The position numbers and the translations under genes were made by a program. From a virus: a stretch of 64,000 nt of DNA. The stretch is taken from positions 43,641-107,640 of the IMG/VR virus record IMGVR_UViG_3300026189_000003; one strand, written 5' to 3'. How positions within the stretch are numbered: the first letter of the stretch is position 1; every line of letters begins with the position of its first letter. The notes beneath the pieces were generated by a model, which saw nothing but the letters and a program-made list of their open reading frames with translations, did not search any database and had not been told where the DNA came from. Shown here one piece after another: positions 29,852 to 40,461 of this stretch.

Positions 29852-29895
29852 TACTTCGTAACCTTTCTTTAAGTTATTTACTAAATAATATTATC

Positions 29896-30096
29896 ATGCG
29901 TATAAAAGAACTAAAAGAAGCCTATTTTCCAGATCAAGACAAGTATTCGTCTGCTCAAATAGGTTCATCAAGAAAAACTCGACTTACTTTAAAACATTTA
30001 AATAAGCTGAGAAAAGTAAGAGAAATACGTTTACAAGATCAACAAGAAAATGCTGAATTTGTATCACGTATGTATAATGTTAACCAAGCTGTTTAA
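29896..30096 (+). CDS. Small prohead core protein (gp67/68 position)
   Basis: Between portal and core genes; RKTRLTLKHLNKLRK; TAAATA upstream. Confidence 0.65.
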   Translation: MRIKELKEAYFPDQDKYSSAQIGSSRKTRLTLKHLNKLRKVREIRLQDQQENAEFVSRMYNVNQAV

Positions 30097-30245
30097 GACC
30101 TAAAAGATCTTTATAAACAGCTTATATTACGGTTTTTTCAAAAAAAACCGCAATATCCCACCGTTTGAGAGAAGAAATTTTCAATTTCTGTTAAATACAA
30201 GCAATTAAAATAGTAGTACGTGCTAATTTATAAGGAGATATCGAT

Positions 30246-31115
30246 ATGTCAGAAATGAGTTCAAAACTAGAGCAAGTTTTAGAATTTCTAGTGAATGGCG
30301 AGCAAGACAAAGCAGAAGCTATGTTACACGACGCCATTGTTGAAAAAGCTAGATCAATTCACGAAGAACTTGTAAACGAAGACTCTACAGCAGAAGAAAA
30401 AGTTGAAGAAGCTACAGAAGAAAAAGTAGAAGAAGCAACTGATTCTGAAGAAGCAGTAGAAGAATCAAAAGAAGAAGAGTCAACAACAGAATCAAAAGAC
30501 GAAGAAGCTGTTGAAGAAACTGTAGGCGGCGAAACAGGCGACGCTGAACAAGATCTTAAAGACGAATTAAAACAAGAAGCTGAAGATAACGCAGAAGAAA
30601 TCGAATACGAAGAAACTAACGAAGACGATGGTGATGAAGACGGTGAAAAAGACGATCATGATCATGAAGACGTAGAAGACAAAGTAGACGATTTAGAAGA
30701 TGCTTTAGAAGAGCTGAAAGATAAATTCGAAAAAATTATGGCCGGTGACGATATGGAAGCTGAAGAAGAAGCTCCAGCCGAAGACGAAATGGAAGTTGAA
30801 ATGCCAGCTGAGGAATCAGTTGAAGTTGAAGCTACTGAAGAGTCTAAGGAAGACGCTTTAGAAGAAGCATCATTGACACCAGTTAAAACAGATAACAAAG
30901 ATGGATCAGAAAAATCAAAATCACCAGTAGCTAACGCAAACATGAAAGACATGGGTGCGGCACCTAGCGTATCAAAAGGTGGTGATGAGAAAGGTGCTCC
31001 AGCCCCGAAAGCGGCTGACATGGGTGCTACAACTGTTCCAAATACTTCGACTGTAGCTGTAGCTAAAGCAGACGGCGGTGACGCAAAAGCTAAATCTACA
31101 ATTTCAGGCAAGTAG
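30246..31115 (+). CDS. Highly acidic prohead core/scaffold-like protein
   Basis: AAGGAG SD; very Glu/Asp-rich with repeated VEE motifs; immediately upstream of gp21. Confidence 0.75.
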   Translation: MSEMSSKLEQVLEFLVNGEQDKAEAMLHDAIVEKARSIHEELVNEDSTAEEKVEEATEEKVEEATDSEEAVEESKEEESTTESKDEEAVEETVGGETGDAEQDLKDELKQEAEDNAEEIEYEETNEDDGDEDGEKDDHDHEDVEDKVDDLEDALEELKDKFEKIMAGDDMEAEEEAPAEDEMEVEMPAEESVEVEATEESKEDALEEASLTPVKTDNKDGSEKSKSPVANANMKDMGAAPSVSKGGDEKGAPAPKAADMGATTVPNTSTVAVAKADGGDAKAKSTISGK

Positions 31116-31142
31116 TATTGTTAAAGAAAGCGAGAACCTAGA

Positions 31143-31775
31143 ATGATTCGTCCATTAACAGAAGCATTAACTTTCGATCAAGCAAAGATTGAAGTTTTAT
31201 CGGAAGGTAAAGACGACCATAAACATCTTAAGATGAAAGGTGTTTTTATTCAAGGTGGCGTAAAAAATCAAAACCAAAGGATTTATCCAGTTAGTGAAAT
31301 CTCAACTGCTGTAGGCAACATCAAATCACGTATTGATGCAGGTTACAGTGTTTTAGGTGAAGCTGACCATCCAGAGAACTTAACAGTAAATTTAGATCGT
31401 GTCTCACACATGATCGAAGAGATTTGGATGGATGGACCTAATGGTATTGGAAAACTAAAAATAATGCCGACACCGATGGGTAAAATTATAGAAACTTTAC
31501 TCAATAGCGGTGCGAAACTAGGTGTAAGTTCAAGAGGGTCAGGTAACGTAAATGAAACCGGTGAAGTTCAAGGATTTGAAATTATCACTGTTGACATTGT
31601 TGCTCAACCTTCGGCCCCCGATGCCTACCCAAAAGCCATTTATGAAGGCTTATGGAATATGAGGGGTGGTCAACAACTACATGGTTTGAGTCAAGCAAGT
31701 TTGTTTGATAAACAAGCCGAGAAGTATTTGGCCAAAGAAATTACGAAACTAATAAGTGAGTTAAACAAGAAGTAA
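31143..31775 (+). CDS. gp21: Prohead core protease
   Basis: GVFIQGGVKNQNQRIYP, LGEADHP, VSH, GVSSRGSG, DIVAQPSAPDAY. Confidence 0.96.
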   Translation: MIRPLTEALTFDQAKIEVLSEGKDDHKHLKMKGVFIQGGVKNQNQRIYPVSEISTAVGNIKSRIDAGYSVLGEADHPENLTVNLDRVSHMIEEIWMDGPNGIGKLKIMPTPMGKIIETLLNSGAKLGVSSRGSGNVNETGEVQGFEIITVDIVAQPSAPDAYPKAIYEGLWNMRGGQQLHGLSQASLFDKQAEKYLAKEITKLISELNKK

Positions 31776-31785
31776 GGAGATTCAG

Positions 31786-32874
31786 ATGGCAGACATTAAA
31801 GAAATTTTTGGATCAGATGTTTTAAGCGAAGAGCTTACGACACAAGTTCAAGAAGCTTGGGAGAAAAAGCTGTCCGAGACTCGAGAGGAAATCTCAGCAG
31901 AACTTAGAGAAGAGTTTGCACAGAGATATGAGAATGATAAATCACAGATTGTTGAAGCAATGGACAACATGATGTCAGATGCATTAAAGAAAGAAATTTC
32001 AGAATTTGCAGAAGACAAAGCAAATGTTGTTAAAGAAAGAGTTGCTTATAAAAAAGCAGTAGGTGAGCATTCAAATATGCTGTCTAAATTTATCACTGAC
32101 GCTTTAGTAAAAGAAGTTAGTGAGCTAAGGGAAGATAGAGATAGCCTTAAAGGTCAATTTACAAAATTGGAAAATTTTGTAGTCAGACAACTCTCTAAAG
32201 AGCTAACTGAATTCGAACAAGATAAGAAAGATCTAGTTGAAAGAAAAGTAAAATTAGTTGCTGAAGGTAAGAAAATTATCGAAGAAACTAAATCAGCTTT
32301 CATCAAGAGAGCCTCTTCTCTTGTAGAGAAAACAGTAGACTCAATTCTACGAAATGAAATGACAACACTTAAAGAAGATATTAAAGTTGCTAAAGAAAAC
32401 AACTTTGGTAGAAAAGTGTTTGAAGCTTTCGCAGGTGAGTATATGAGTTCATACCTTTCAGAAAGTGGTGAAATTAAAAAATTGCAATCAGATATAACTG
32501 AGAAGCAAAATGCAATTTCAGAACTAGAAGGAAAAGTAGAGCAAAAAGATACTGAAATTCAAGAAACAGAAACTAAACTAAAAATCGCTGAGGACAAAAT
32601 GGTTAGAGAAAAAACTTTAGCAGAACTTGTCGCTCCGTTATCAAAAGACAAGCGTCAAGTTATGGTCGAGTTACTTGAATCAGTTCAAACTGCAAACTTA
32701 AAAAAGCAGTTCGACAAATATTTGCCAGCAGTGCTTAATGAAACAGCTGAAGTACAAGAATCAGCTAACATCATTACAGAACACACTGGTGATAGAATAA
32801 ATAATCAATCTATTAATAGTAACGAATCAGACGATATCGTGAACATTAAAAGACTAGCAGGACTAAGGAGTTAA
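31786..32874 (+). CDS. gp22: Prohead core scaffold protein
   Basis: Coiled coil, charged; lies between gp21 and gp23. Confidence 0.85.
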   Translation: MADIKEIFGSDVLSEELTTQVQEAWEKKLSETREEISAELREEFAQRYENDKSQIVEAMDNMMSDALKKEISEFAEDKANVVKERVAYKKAVGEHSNMLSKFITDALVKEVSELREDRDSLKGQFTKLENFVVRQLSKELTEFEQDKKDLVERKVKLVAEGKKIIEETKSAFIKRASSLVEKTVDSILRNEMTTLKEDIKVAKENNFGRKVFEAFAGEYMSSYLSESGEIKKLQSDITEKQNAISELEGKVEQKDTEIQETETKLKIAEDKMVREKTLAELVAPLSKDKRQVMVELLESVQTANLKKQFDKYLPAVLNETAEVQESANIITEHTGDRINNQSINSNESDDIVNIKRLAGLRS

Positions 32875-32878
32875 TACT

Positions 32879-34051
32879 ATGTCAGAAAAAACATTAACTG
32901 AAAATTGGAATGATACTAAGTCAGCACTGTTAGAAGGTTTAGAAGGCCAAAAAAAAGATACTATGAGTGTAATCTTAGAGAACACTCAATCGTACTTGGC
33001 AGAGGCCGCCTCAGCAGGTGCAACAGGAGCCGGTAACGTTGCCGCTCTTAACAAAGTAATTCTTCCAGTAATTAGAAGGGTTATGCCTACAGTTATCGCT
33101 AACGAAATCGTTGGTGTACAACCTATGACAGGACCAGTGGGTCAGATCCACACATTAAGAGTAAGATACGCAGAAACAGACCAAGGCGTTACAGCAGGCG
33201 AAGAAGCATTATCACCAGCTAAAATTGCCAGAGGTTATTCTGGAGAAGAAGGTGCTACGACTGATACAGCCGCAGGTACTTCTACTATGGAAGGTAAAGC
33301 AGGAAACAAGCTATCTATTCAAATTTTAAAACAAACAGTTGAAGCTAAGACAAGAAAACTATCAGCAAGATGGACTTTTGAGTCAGCTCAAGATGCCAAT
33401 GCAATGCACGGTTTAGACGTAGAAGCAGAAATCATGGCCGCTTTAGCACAAGAAATAACAGCTGAGATCGATCAAGAAGTGATCAACTCACTATTATCAT
33501 TGGCTACTGCCGCAGGTTCAGACTACGACCAATCGGCAACAACTGGTACAGCAACTTTCGTTGGTGATAAACACGCCGCTTTGGCAGTTTTAATCAACAG
33601 AGAAGCTAACAGAATCGCACAAAGAACAAGAAGAGGTGCAGGTAACTACGCAGTTATGTCACCAGCCGCTTTAACAGTTCTTCAGTCAGCGACAACTTCA
33701 GCTTTTGCAAGAACAACTGAAGGTACATTCGAAGCACCAACTAATACTAAAATGGTTGGTACACTTAACGGTGCAATGAGAATATATGTAAACTCATACG
33801 CTTCAGACGGTACTTCAATTCTTGTAGGTTACAAAGGTGCAGGTGAAGTAGATTCTCCAGCATTCTATTGTCCTTACATTCCACTAATGAGCTCAGGCGT
33901 TGTAATTGATCCAGCTACATTTGAACCAACAGTGTCATTCATGACAAGATACGGTTATGTAGAATTATCAAACACAGCATCTTCATTAGGTAATGCAGGT
34001 GACTACCTATCAAAAATTAACGTAAACTCAGGTAACTTATCTTTTATCTAA
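32879..34051 (+). CDS. gp23: Major capsid protein
   Basis: RRVMPTVIANEIVGVQPMTGPVGQI, EAKTRKLSARWTFE.AQD, EIDQE, FYCPYIPL, FMTRYG; probable maturation site YLAE/AA. Confidence 0.98.
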   Translation: MSEKTLTENWNDTKSALLEGLEGQKKDTMSVILENTQSYLAEAASAGATGAGNVAALNKVILPVIRRVMPTVIANEIVGVQPMTGPVGQIHTLRVRYAETDQGVTAGEEALSPAKIARGYSGEEGATTDTAAGTSTMEGKAGNKLSIQILKQTVEAKTRKLSARWTFESAQDANAMHGLDVEAEIMAALAQEITAEIDQEVINSLLSLATAAGSDYDQSATTGTATFVGDKHAALAVLINREANRIAQRTRRGAGNYAVMSPAALTVLQSATTSAFARTTEGTFEAPTNTKMVGTLNGAMRIYVNSYASDGTSILVGYKGAGEVDSPAFYCPYIPLMSSGVVIDPATFEPTVSFMTRYGYVELSNTASSLGNAGDYLSKINVNSGNLSFI

Positions 34052-34078
34052 GAGATATATTACAGTTTTACTTTATTC

Positions 34079-34113
34079 AAAACGCCCGGCTTTATGTCGG
34101 GCGTTTTTCTTTT
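34079..34113 (+). terminator. Intrinsic terminator after gp23
   Basis: AAAACGCCCGGC TTTAT GTCGGGCGTTTTTCTTT. Confidence 0.88.
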
Positions 34114-34155
34114 ATGCTCTCCCTAAGATGGTAAATAATTACGAAGGAACAAGTT

Positions 34156-36633
34156 ATGGGCAGAACCACTAGAAAAACCACAGGAACACTGACATTCTCA
34201 AGTGATGTAGAATTTAACAATGAAGCACTCAAAGTTAATACTACAGACCTTACAACAGGTGATAATATTATCACACTTAATAAGAATCAAGGTTCATTAT
34301 CAGATGCAGGACTTGAAGTTGATAAAGCAGGATCAATACAAGCAAGTCTAATTTATAACGACTCTGGAACTGGTACTTGGAGATTTACAGGTGCAAGTGC
34401 AATTGATATGACTGGTGCATCACTGACAAACTTTTCCGTAACGAGCTTAACTAATCTTAATGTAACTAATTTTGTATCTAACAATGTTGATATAGGTGGC
34501 GGAGCCATTGATGGCACTACAATTGGTGGAACAACACCAGGTGCAGGTAGTTTTACCACACTTCAAGCATCAGGTGGTATTACTGGTACACTTACTGGTA
34601 CAGCATCATCGATAGCTAATCATTCAACTACTAATCTAGCAGAAGGTTCAAATCTATATTATACTGACACTAGATGGGATAGTAGATTAGGAACTAAAAC
34701 AACAGATAATTTATCAGAAGGTTCTTCAAATTTATATTTCACAGATGCAAGATGGGATACAAGACTTGGTACAAAGTCAACAACGAATTTAGCAGAAGGC
34801 ACTAACTTATACTTTACCAATGCTAGAGCAGATGCTAGAGCAGATGTTAGAATAGCGGCATCATCAATTAATGCTTTATCAGATGTTAATACATCAGGTG
34901 TTGCAACAAATCATGTACTACAATGGAATGGCACAGCTTTTGTACCAGCATCAATTGGTAATTCTTTTTCTAACATTGTAACAGATAAAGATAATAGCAC
35001 TAGTGCTGTAACAGGTGCCACACTTCAAAACGAAGCGGCATCAGGTCTTACAGCAACTATTACACCACAAGATTCGAGTGCAAAACTTTTAATACAATCT
35101 AATATAAAATACAGTGTACAATCATCAACAGGTAGCACTGCATTTTATATCAGATTATGGAGAGACAAAGGTGCAGGCAGTGAAAAACTATTAGCAGAAG
35201 ATGTAGTATATGAAGCTACAAACACAGCTACAACATTTCAAACTAACTTTAGTGTATTTGATGCCCCGGGTGATACAAGTGCTCACACGTATGCAGTATA
35301 CTATGATGCCTCAACTGCTAATGGTACATTAACACCAAATCCGGCACACTCTGAAGGAACTGCAAGTGAGAATTATATAACGGCTTCTGAATCAATTATA
35401 ACTGCAGATTTAGTCACGTTAACAGGTTCAAATACTTTAACAAATAAAATATTAACATCACCAACTATTACTACTCCAATTATAAATGGCACAATTTCTG
35501 GTACAGCTATTAAAGATGAAGACAATTTTGCTTCAGACAGTAATCAACATTTAGCAACACAGCAAAGTATTAAATCTTATGTTGATGCACAGGTTCAATC
35601 AAAAGATACATTAGGTGAACTTACAGATGTTGATACATCAGGTGCTTCAAATGGTAAGATTATAAAATATAATGGTACTACTTGGGTAGTAGCAGATGAT
35701 ACAGACACAGATACAGGTATATTAAATGTTGTAGAAGATACAACTCCACAACTTGGCGGAGGATTAGATTTAAACTCGCAAAATATTACAGGTACTGGAT
35801 CAATTAACATAACTGGTGGTATTACAGCGTCTACAACAGGTGCATTTAAAGATGGAACATATTCAGGTAACGTTACAGTAAGTGGTAATTTAACTGTTGA
35901 AGGAGATACAACTACAATTGATGTAACTCAGTTAGAAGTTGAAGATCCAATGATTTATCTAAATAGAAATGCTGGTAGTAATTCAACTAACACATATGAC
36001 TCTGGTATATTAATTGAAAGAGGTAGTAGTGAAGTTCATGCTGGTATGATTTGGCAAGAAGCTACAGACAGATTTAAATTTTTAACATCAACAGGAATCA
36101 CACCTTCAACAACAGTTGTACCGTCAATTACATTAGCAGACGTACAAGCGGCTACAGTACATACAAATGGTATATTACCTAGTGCAGATGCTACATATGA
36201 CATTGGAAGTTCGTCATTAGGATATAACATGGTTTACGCAAAAGCAACATCGGCTCAATATGCTGACTTGGCAGAGCTTTATGTTTCAGATGCAGAATAT
36301 GAACCTGGCACAGTTGTCGTGTTTGGTGGTGTCGAAGAAGTAACGCAATCAACAGCCTCTTTAGATCATAAGATTGCTGGAGTAGTTTCTACTAAACCTG
36401 CATACTTAATGAATGACAAACAAGAAGGTTGCACAGTTGCAGTTGCATTAAGAGGTAAAGTTCCGGTTAATGTTATAGGTCCAGTTAGCAAAGGCGACTT
36501 AATTGTTTCAAGTGATACACCAGGTGTTGGTAAAGCACATCCAGGTGTTACAAATTGTGTTTACGTTATTGGAAAATGTATTGAAGATGACGATTCAGAA
36601 AATCTTGTTAGACTAGTTAATTGTGTAGTTTAA
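34156..36633 (+). CDS. Fibre-like virion protein with a C-terminal autocleaving intramolecular chaperone-type domain
   Basis: Thr/Ser/Gly-rich; tandem TTNLAEG.NLY(Y/F)TD.R repeats; C-terminal YADLAELY...YEPGTVVVFGG...GVVSTKPAYLMN...VALRGKVPV. Confidence 0.75.
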   Translation: MGRTTRKTTGTLTFSSDVEFNNEALKVNTTDLTTGDNIITLNKNQGSLSDAGLEVDKAGSIQASLIYNDSGTGTWRFTGASAIDMTGASLTNFSVTSLTNLNVTNFVSNNVDIGGGAIDGTTIGGTTPGAGSFTTLQASGGITGTLTGTASSIANHSTTNLAEGSNLYYTDTRWDSRLGTKTTDNLSEGSSNLYFTDARWDTRLGTKSTTNLAEGTNLYFTNARADARADVRIAASSINALSDVNTSGVATNHVLQWNGTAFVPASIGNSFSNIVTDKDNSTSAVTGATLQNEAASGLTATITPQDSSAKLLIQSNIKYSVQSSTGSTAFYIRLWRDKGAGSEKLLAEDVVYEATNTATTFQTNFSVFDAPGDTSAHTYAVYYDASTANGTLTPNPAHSEGTASENYITASESIITADLVTLTGSNTLTNKILTSPTITTPIINGTISGTAIKDEDNFASDSNQHLATQQSIKSYVDAQVQSKDTLGELTDVDTSGASNGKIIKYNGTTWVVADDTDTDTGILNVVEDTTPQLGGGLDLNSQNITGTGSINITGGITASTTGAFKDGTYSGNVTVSGNLTVEGDTTTIDVTQLEVEDPMIYLNRNAGSNSTNTYDSGILIERGSSEVHAGMIWQEATDRFKFLTSTGITPSTTVVPSITLADVQAATVHTNGILPSADATYDIGSSSLGYNMVYAKATSAQYADLAELYVSDAEYEPGTVVVFGGVEEVTQSTASLDHKIAGVVSTKPAYLMNDKQEGCTVAVALRGKVPVNVIGPVSKGDLIVSSDTPGVGKAHPGVTNCVYVIGKCIEDDDSENLVRLVNCVV
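34624..34850 (+). repeat. Three tandem ~25-aa repeats inside the fibre gene
   Basis: STTNLAEGSNLYYTDTRWDSRLGTK / TTDNLSEGSSNLYFTDARWDTRLGTK / STTNLAEGTNLYFTNARADAR. Confidence 0.8.
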
Positions 36634-37298
36634 ACAGCATAATCATCTTTGATATTGTTAACCTTATTATAAAATTCAGTAAAAACTCTTAACCATTTAG
36701 TCATATCTTTTATCATATCTTGAATATGATAATAACTGATTGGTAAAGTAAAAAAGCTATGTCTTTTTTTAGTATCTTTGTATTTTTTTTCTATTGTTCT
36801 TAAACCATTTAAATCTTTTTCTATATCAATCATTAATCTTTTATAAAAATCATCACTTCTAAATCTATTGTATATAAATTGATGATTTTCATCTTCACTG
36901 ATATATTTTATGTTAACTTCTTGTACATCAAAATATAACGCTCTTACAGGATTAATATTTGGTCTATATTTTTTTAATATACTTGGAAAATAGTAAGTAG
37001 ATCCTTTTGTTAAAAAGTTTTCAATAACCGTAAAATATGAATCTTCTAAATCATACCTTAATTGTAAATCTATTTCTGAATCATTTTTTGTTTGTCGTTG
37101 GTAAGCTAAAACTAATTTATTATAAAGTTTTTTAACTTCTGGTCTTTCAATACCGTCAAAAAACTCGTAAAACTTTTTCTTATTAACACCATTCTTGTGC
37201 ATATATGATTTTAAAACAGGACTCATTTGATTTTTATTTAGATATATTTCTAAATCATTAATAAGTCGCAAGTGTTTTATATGATAGATTTTGCTCAT
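36630..37298 (-). CDS. Hypothetical protein
   Basis: 222-aa ORF with TAAATA-N5-ATG. Confidence 0.7.
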   Translation of the reverse strand: MSKIYHIKHLRLINDLEIYLNKNQMSPVLKSYMHKNGVNKKKFYEFFDGIERPEVKKLYNKLVLAYQRQTKNDSEIDLQLRYDLEDSYFTVIENFLTKGSTYYFPSILKKYRPNINPVRALYFDVQEVNIKYISEDENHQFIYNRFRSDDFYKRLMIDIEKDLNGLRTIEKKYKDTKKRHSFFTLPISYYHIQDMIKDMTKWLRVFTEFYNKVNNIKDDYAV

Positions 37299-37323
37299 AC
37301 ATATATTTACTTTTGTCTTTGAC

Positions 37324-37749
37324 TCATTTCAAGTTAACTAAATCTTTTAGCTTCTTGATGTTTTTCTTATTGCTTAAAGTAATTTTAGCGCCGTTGTGTA
37401 GGGGTTTAGGAAACTGTCCTATGTCTACCCATGCATATCCTGAACTTTCGTGATTAAGTGTAGGTACAAACTCTTTTGGTGTAATTATAGCATACGTGTA
37501 ATATGTAAAACTTTTATCTTTTGAATGATATGTATCTAATGGATTTAAAGTTTCTATAGGCGGAACAAATCCCATTTCTTCTTGTAGTTCTCTTCGTAAA
37601 GCATCCATTGGTTGTTCGTCTTTTTCAATCTTACCTCCCCAAAAAGACCATGTATATGGGTAACTAACTTTGCCACTTCTTAAATTTAAGAGCATTCTGT
37701 TAGTGCTTTTAACGACAAATGTGGTTCCTACTGCTTTATACATATTCAC
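37324..37749 (-). CDS. NUDIX hydrolase
   Basis: GGKIEKDEQPMDALRRELQEEMG Nudix box. Confidence 0.9.
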   Translation of the reverse strand: MNMYKAVGTTFVVKSTNRMLLNLRSGKVSYPYTWSFWGGKIEKDEQPMDALRRELQEEMGFVPPIETLNPLDTYHSKDKSFTYYTYAIITPKEFVPTLNHESSGYAWVDIGQFPKPLHNGAKITLSNKKNIKKLKDLVNLK

Positions 37750-37790
37750 CTTATTATTTTTATTACTTGTTTATTATAGTAAATTTATGT

Positions 37791-39152
37791 CTATGGTGCA
37801 AGTTCTAATTTCCAAAAACCGTTTTTATATTGCCCTCTATGACTGTCTATCCACTCAGCACCAGTCCATCTATATTGAGTACCTGTGTTAGTATTAGTCA
37901 CATAGTGAGTTGAAGATTCTGCTGATGCATCAAAACTGATTGACCACGCACCACTAGTATATTGAATTATATCGTTAGCACCGGCTGAGAATGTACTACC
38001 GAATGTTTTATTACCTGCAAGTATTGGATTAATGATCAAATATCTTTGTCCGTTTTGTGCAGTTGGTAAACCGTTTCCTGGGTAAGATGTTTCAGGGTCG
38101 ACAATTTTATCAACTGCCACCTGTGTATTTGTTGGTAGAGAATCTACATCTAATGTAAACACTAATTTATTTTTATCACTTGGATGATAAGCTATTGTTC
38201 CAAAAACGTCTAAACTAGCATCTTCTGGATCACTGCTTTGTCTTAAAATTAATTTACTAATACCATCTTGCAACTCACCGTACTGTTCTAAAAATTCTTT
38301 CCATTGTTCATTATCGTTAACACCATATGCACCTAGTAATGCTACATTATTTCCAACAACAGAAATCTGTGCATTTTCTGGTGTAATAATTTGTGTAGCA
38401 ATTTGTCCTGGAAAGTTTTCAAAGAAATCAATAAATCTTGGATCATAATCTAAATCGTCAATTGAATCTGTATTATTAACTCTCGCAACAATTTGTTTAA
38501 TGATTGATTGTTTTTTAACTTTAGCAGGAGGATTTAACCATACAGGCAAACTAAATGTTAATGTTGCAACATCAAGTTCACTTGTTGTTCCTTGCGGTAC
38601 TGTTCTAGAAGTATAGTTAATATCAATTAATTCTACGTTAGTTATGTTAGTCCAATCTAATGGATTATCGTTAGCTTGTAGTTCTACAGCAGGATTAAAC
38701 AATACTAATATTTGTTCTAATATTTGTAATTTTTGATCAGTGTTTGAACACCATACATCGACAGCCATGTTTAAGTTATAAGGAACAGGCATATGACGTT
38801 CTACAGTATACGTATTACCTATTTCAGCAATATAATTTTTTGATGACGTATCAAATTTTCTTTCATTAACTTGAACTTTGTCAATTGATCTTGGTTCTTG
38901 TAATCTATCTCTAGCAATTTGTAAATTAGTAATATAAGCACTCATAAAAGGTGCCGAGTTCATAACATTTTCTGAGTTATGTCTTAAAAGGTGTGCGACC
39001 ATTCTTGACATATCAGCATAACGTATTGGAACTCTAATAAATGATTCACTATCGCTGTTATCTTTTTTACCAGTTTGTACAGAAAAATTATCAAACAGTC
39101 TTATAAACTGTAAAATGTATCTTCTTATTTGTTGATCATACCAATATTGCAT
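37791..39152 (-). CDS. gp15: Tail terminator / sheath stabiliser, gp15-like
   Basis: YWYDQQIRRYILQF..LF, RVPIRY, MPVPYNL, QKLQILEQILVLFNP. Confidence 0.85.
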   Translation of the reverse strand: MQYWYDQQIRRYILQFIRLFDNFSVQTGKKDNSDSESFIRVPIRYADMSRMVAHLLRHNSENVMNSAPFMSAYITNLQIARDRLQEPRSIDKVQVNERKFDTSSKNYIAEIGNTYTVERHMPVPYNLNMAVDVWCSNTDQKLQILEQILVLFNPAVELQANDNPLDWTNITNVELIDINYTSRTVPQGTTSELDVATLTFSLPVWLNPPAKVKKQSIIKQIVARVNNTDSIDDLDYDPRFIDFFENFPGQIATQIITPENAQISVVGNNVALLGAYGVNDNEQWKEFLEQYGELQDGISKLILRQSSDPEDASLDVFGTIAYHPSDKNKLVFTLDVDSLPTNTQVAVDKIVDPETSYPGNGLPTAQNGQRYLIINPILAGNKTFGSTFSAGANDIIQYTSGAWSISFDASAESSTHYVTNTNTGTQYRWTGAEWIDSHRGQYKNGFWKLELAP

Positions 39153-39154
39153 TT

Positions 39155-40405
39155 TTAATCCGCCTTAGGTTTTATTACTTTACTTAAGAATTGTCTTTCT
39201 TTGCCGTCTTCTGTAGCAGTTGATGGTGATGTATTATTGATAAAGCTATCAAGTTCTTTAGTTGAACTTACATAAGTTCCTCTCATGTTTTCAGAAATCT
39301 TAATAAATCTGTTACCTTCTTTTCTAAACAATCTACTAGGCGAATAATCAGTTCTTAACACATACTGACCATCTTTGATAGATGATGGAAAACTGTTACC
39401 AGTGTGTGATATTGTAATACCTTTGCCTGCTGTACCATCTTGGTTTTTTAAATTTATCTTATGTGTATCTACTTCGTTAGTATATAAATGACTAACGTCC
39501 ATTCCTTTAGTAGGAACGTTACTTTGTGCTTCGTTAATTATTGCATCATTAATATCAATTTCAGATTGATATGTTGAAATAATATTTTTTAAATCGTCGG
39601 CATTTTCACCACTACCAACAATATCTCTAAATTCTTGTGTGTCTTGCATTGCAACAGCTCTACATCTCCAAATATGCGGCCACCAACCTGGATCATATCC
39701 ATCAGCACCTTTGGCTGTATCTTCAACTACAAAAAACTTATTAATTTTTATATTTTCTTTTGGAGTAAAACTTGATACAGTTGCACTTGTTTCACTTTTA
39801 TCTCCAGTGATAGTTTCGTTTTGTGCAAAGTCTCCACTTATAGGAGTGATCCTAATTGTTTTAGCTTCGTGATTATAATTGATAACAGTTGCTTGAGTAC
39901 CACTAGTACCACCTGTTATAGTTTCACCTTTTCTAAATTTTTTTGTCGGTTTAGCTGACAATGTAATACTTGCAGATTCTAATCTAGAATCATCTTCTAG
40001 ATGAGGCATTTCAAACACATCACCTGGCATAATTTTTCTACCAACTCTGTCAATCATGTCGTTGGTATGAAATGTAATAAAAATAGTATCAGCAGTTTGA
40101 AACAAACCAAACTGTGTTAAATCAAAATCTTGATCAGCTACATTGTATACACCACGTAAATCAAATACGTCTGAATCATACTTTCTATCTCTGTTTTCAC
40201 CAAATAGTAAATCTTGTACATTTAAAACACTTGTTATAGAGTTAGTAGGCTGATCAGAACTTGCACTGTTAGTATTAATATGCGGACCTATGTATTTGTG
40301 TAAAAATACGCCCGTACCTCCCACTAAGAAGTGTTCTTTAATTGTACGATCTGCAAACTTGTAGTCGTTACCTTTATTTGGTTTCCATAAACTTAATCTT
40401 GGCAT
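39155..40405 (-). CDS. gp14: Neck/head-completion protein, gp14-like
   Basis: QDLLFGENRDRKY, DLTQFGLF, GRKIMPGDVFEMPH, WWPHIWR; adjacent to gp13 and gp15. Confidence 0.75.
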   Translation of the reverse strand: MPRLSLWKPNKGNDYKFADRTIKEHFLVGGTGVFLHKYIGPHINTNSASSDQPTNSITSVLNVQDLLFGENRDRKYDSDVFDLRGVYNVADQDFDLTQFGLFQTADTIFITFHTNDMIDRVGRKIMPGDVFEMPHLEDDSRLESASITLSAKPTKKFRKGETITGGTSGTQATVINYNHEAKTIRITPISGDFAQNETITGDKSETSATVSSFTPKENIKINKFFVVEDTAKGADGYDPGWWPHIWRCRAVAMQDTQEFRDIVGSGENADDLKNIISTYQSEIDINDAIINEAQSNVPTKGMDVSHLYTNEVDTHKINLKNQDGTAGKGITISHTGNSFPSSIKDGQYVLRTDYSPSRLFRKEGNRFIKISENMRGTYVSSTKELDSFINNTSPSTATEDGKERQFLSKVIKPKAD

Positions 40406-40461
40406 AGTATTATCCTTACAAAGTATTTATTGAAGTAATAAAATTGGTAAATAATTATGTA

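Noticed and set aside
30370-30870. GAAGAA-rich repeats in the acidic core gene as a DNA repeat element
   Set aside because: Explained by Glu-rich coding sequence
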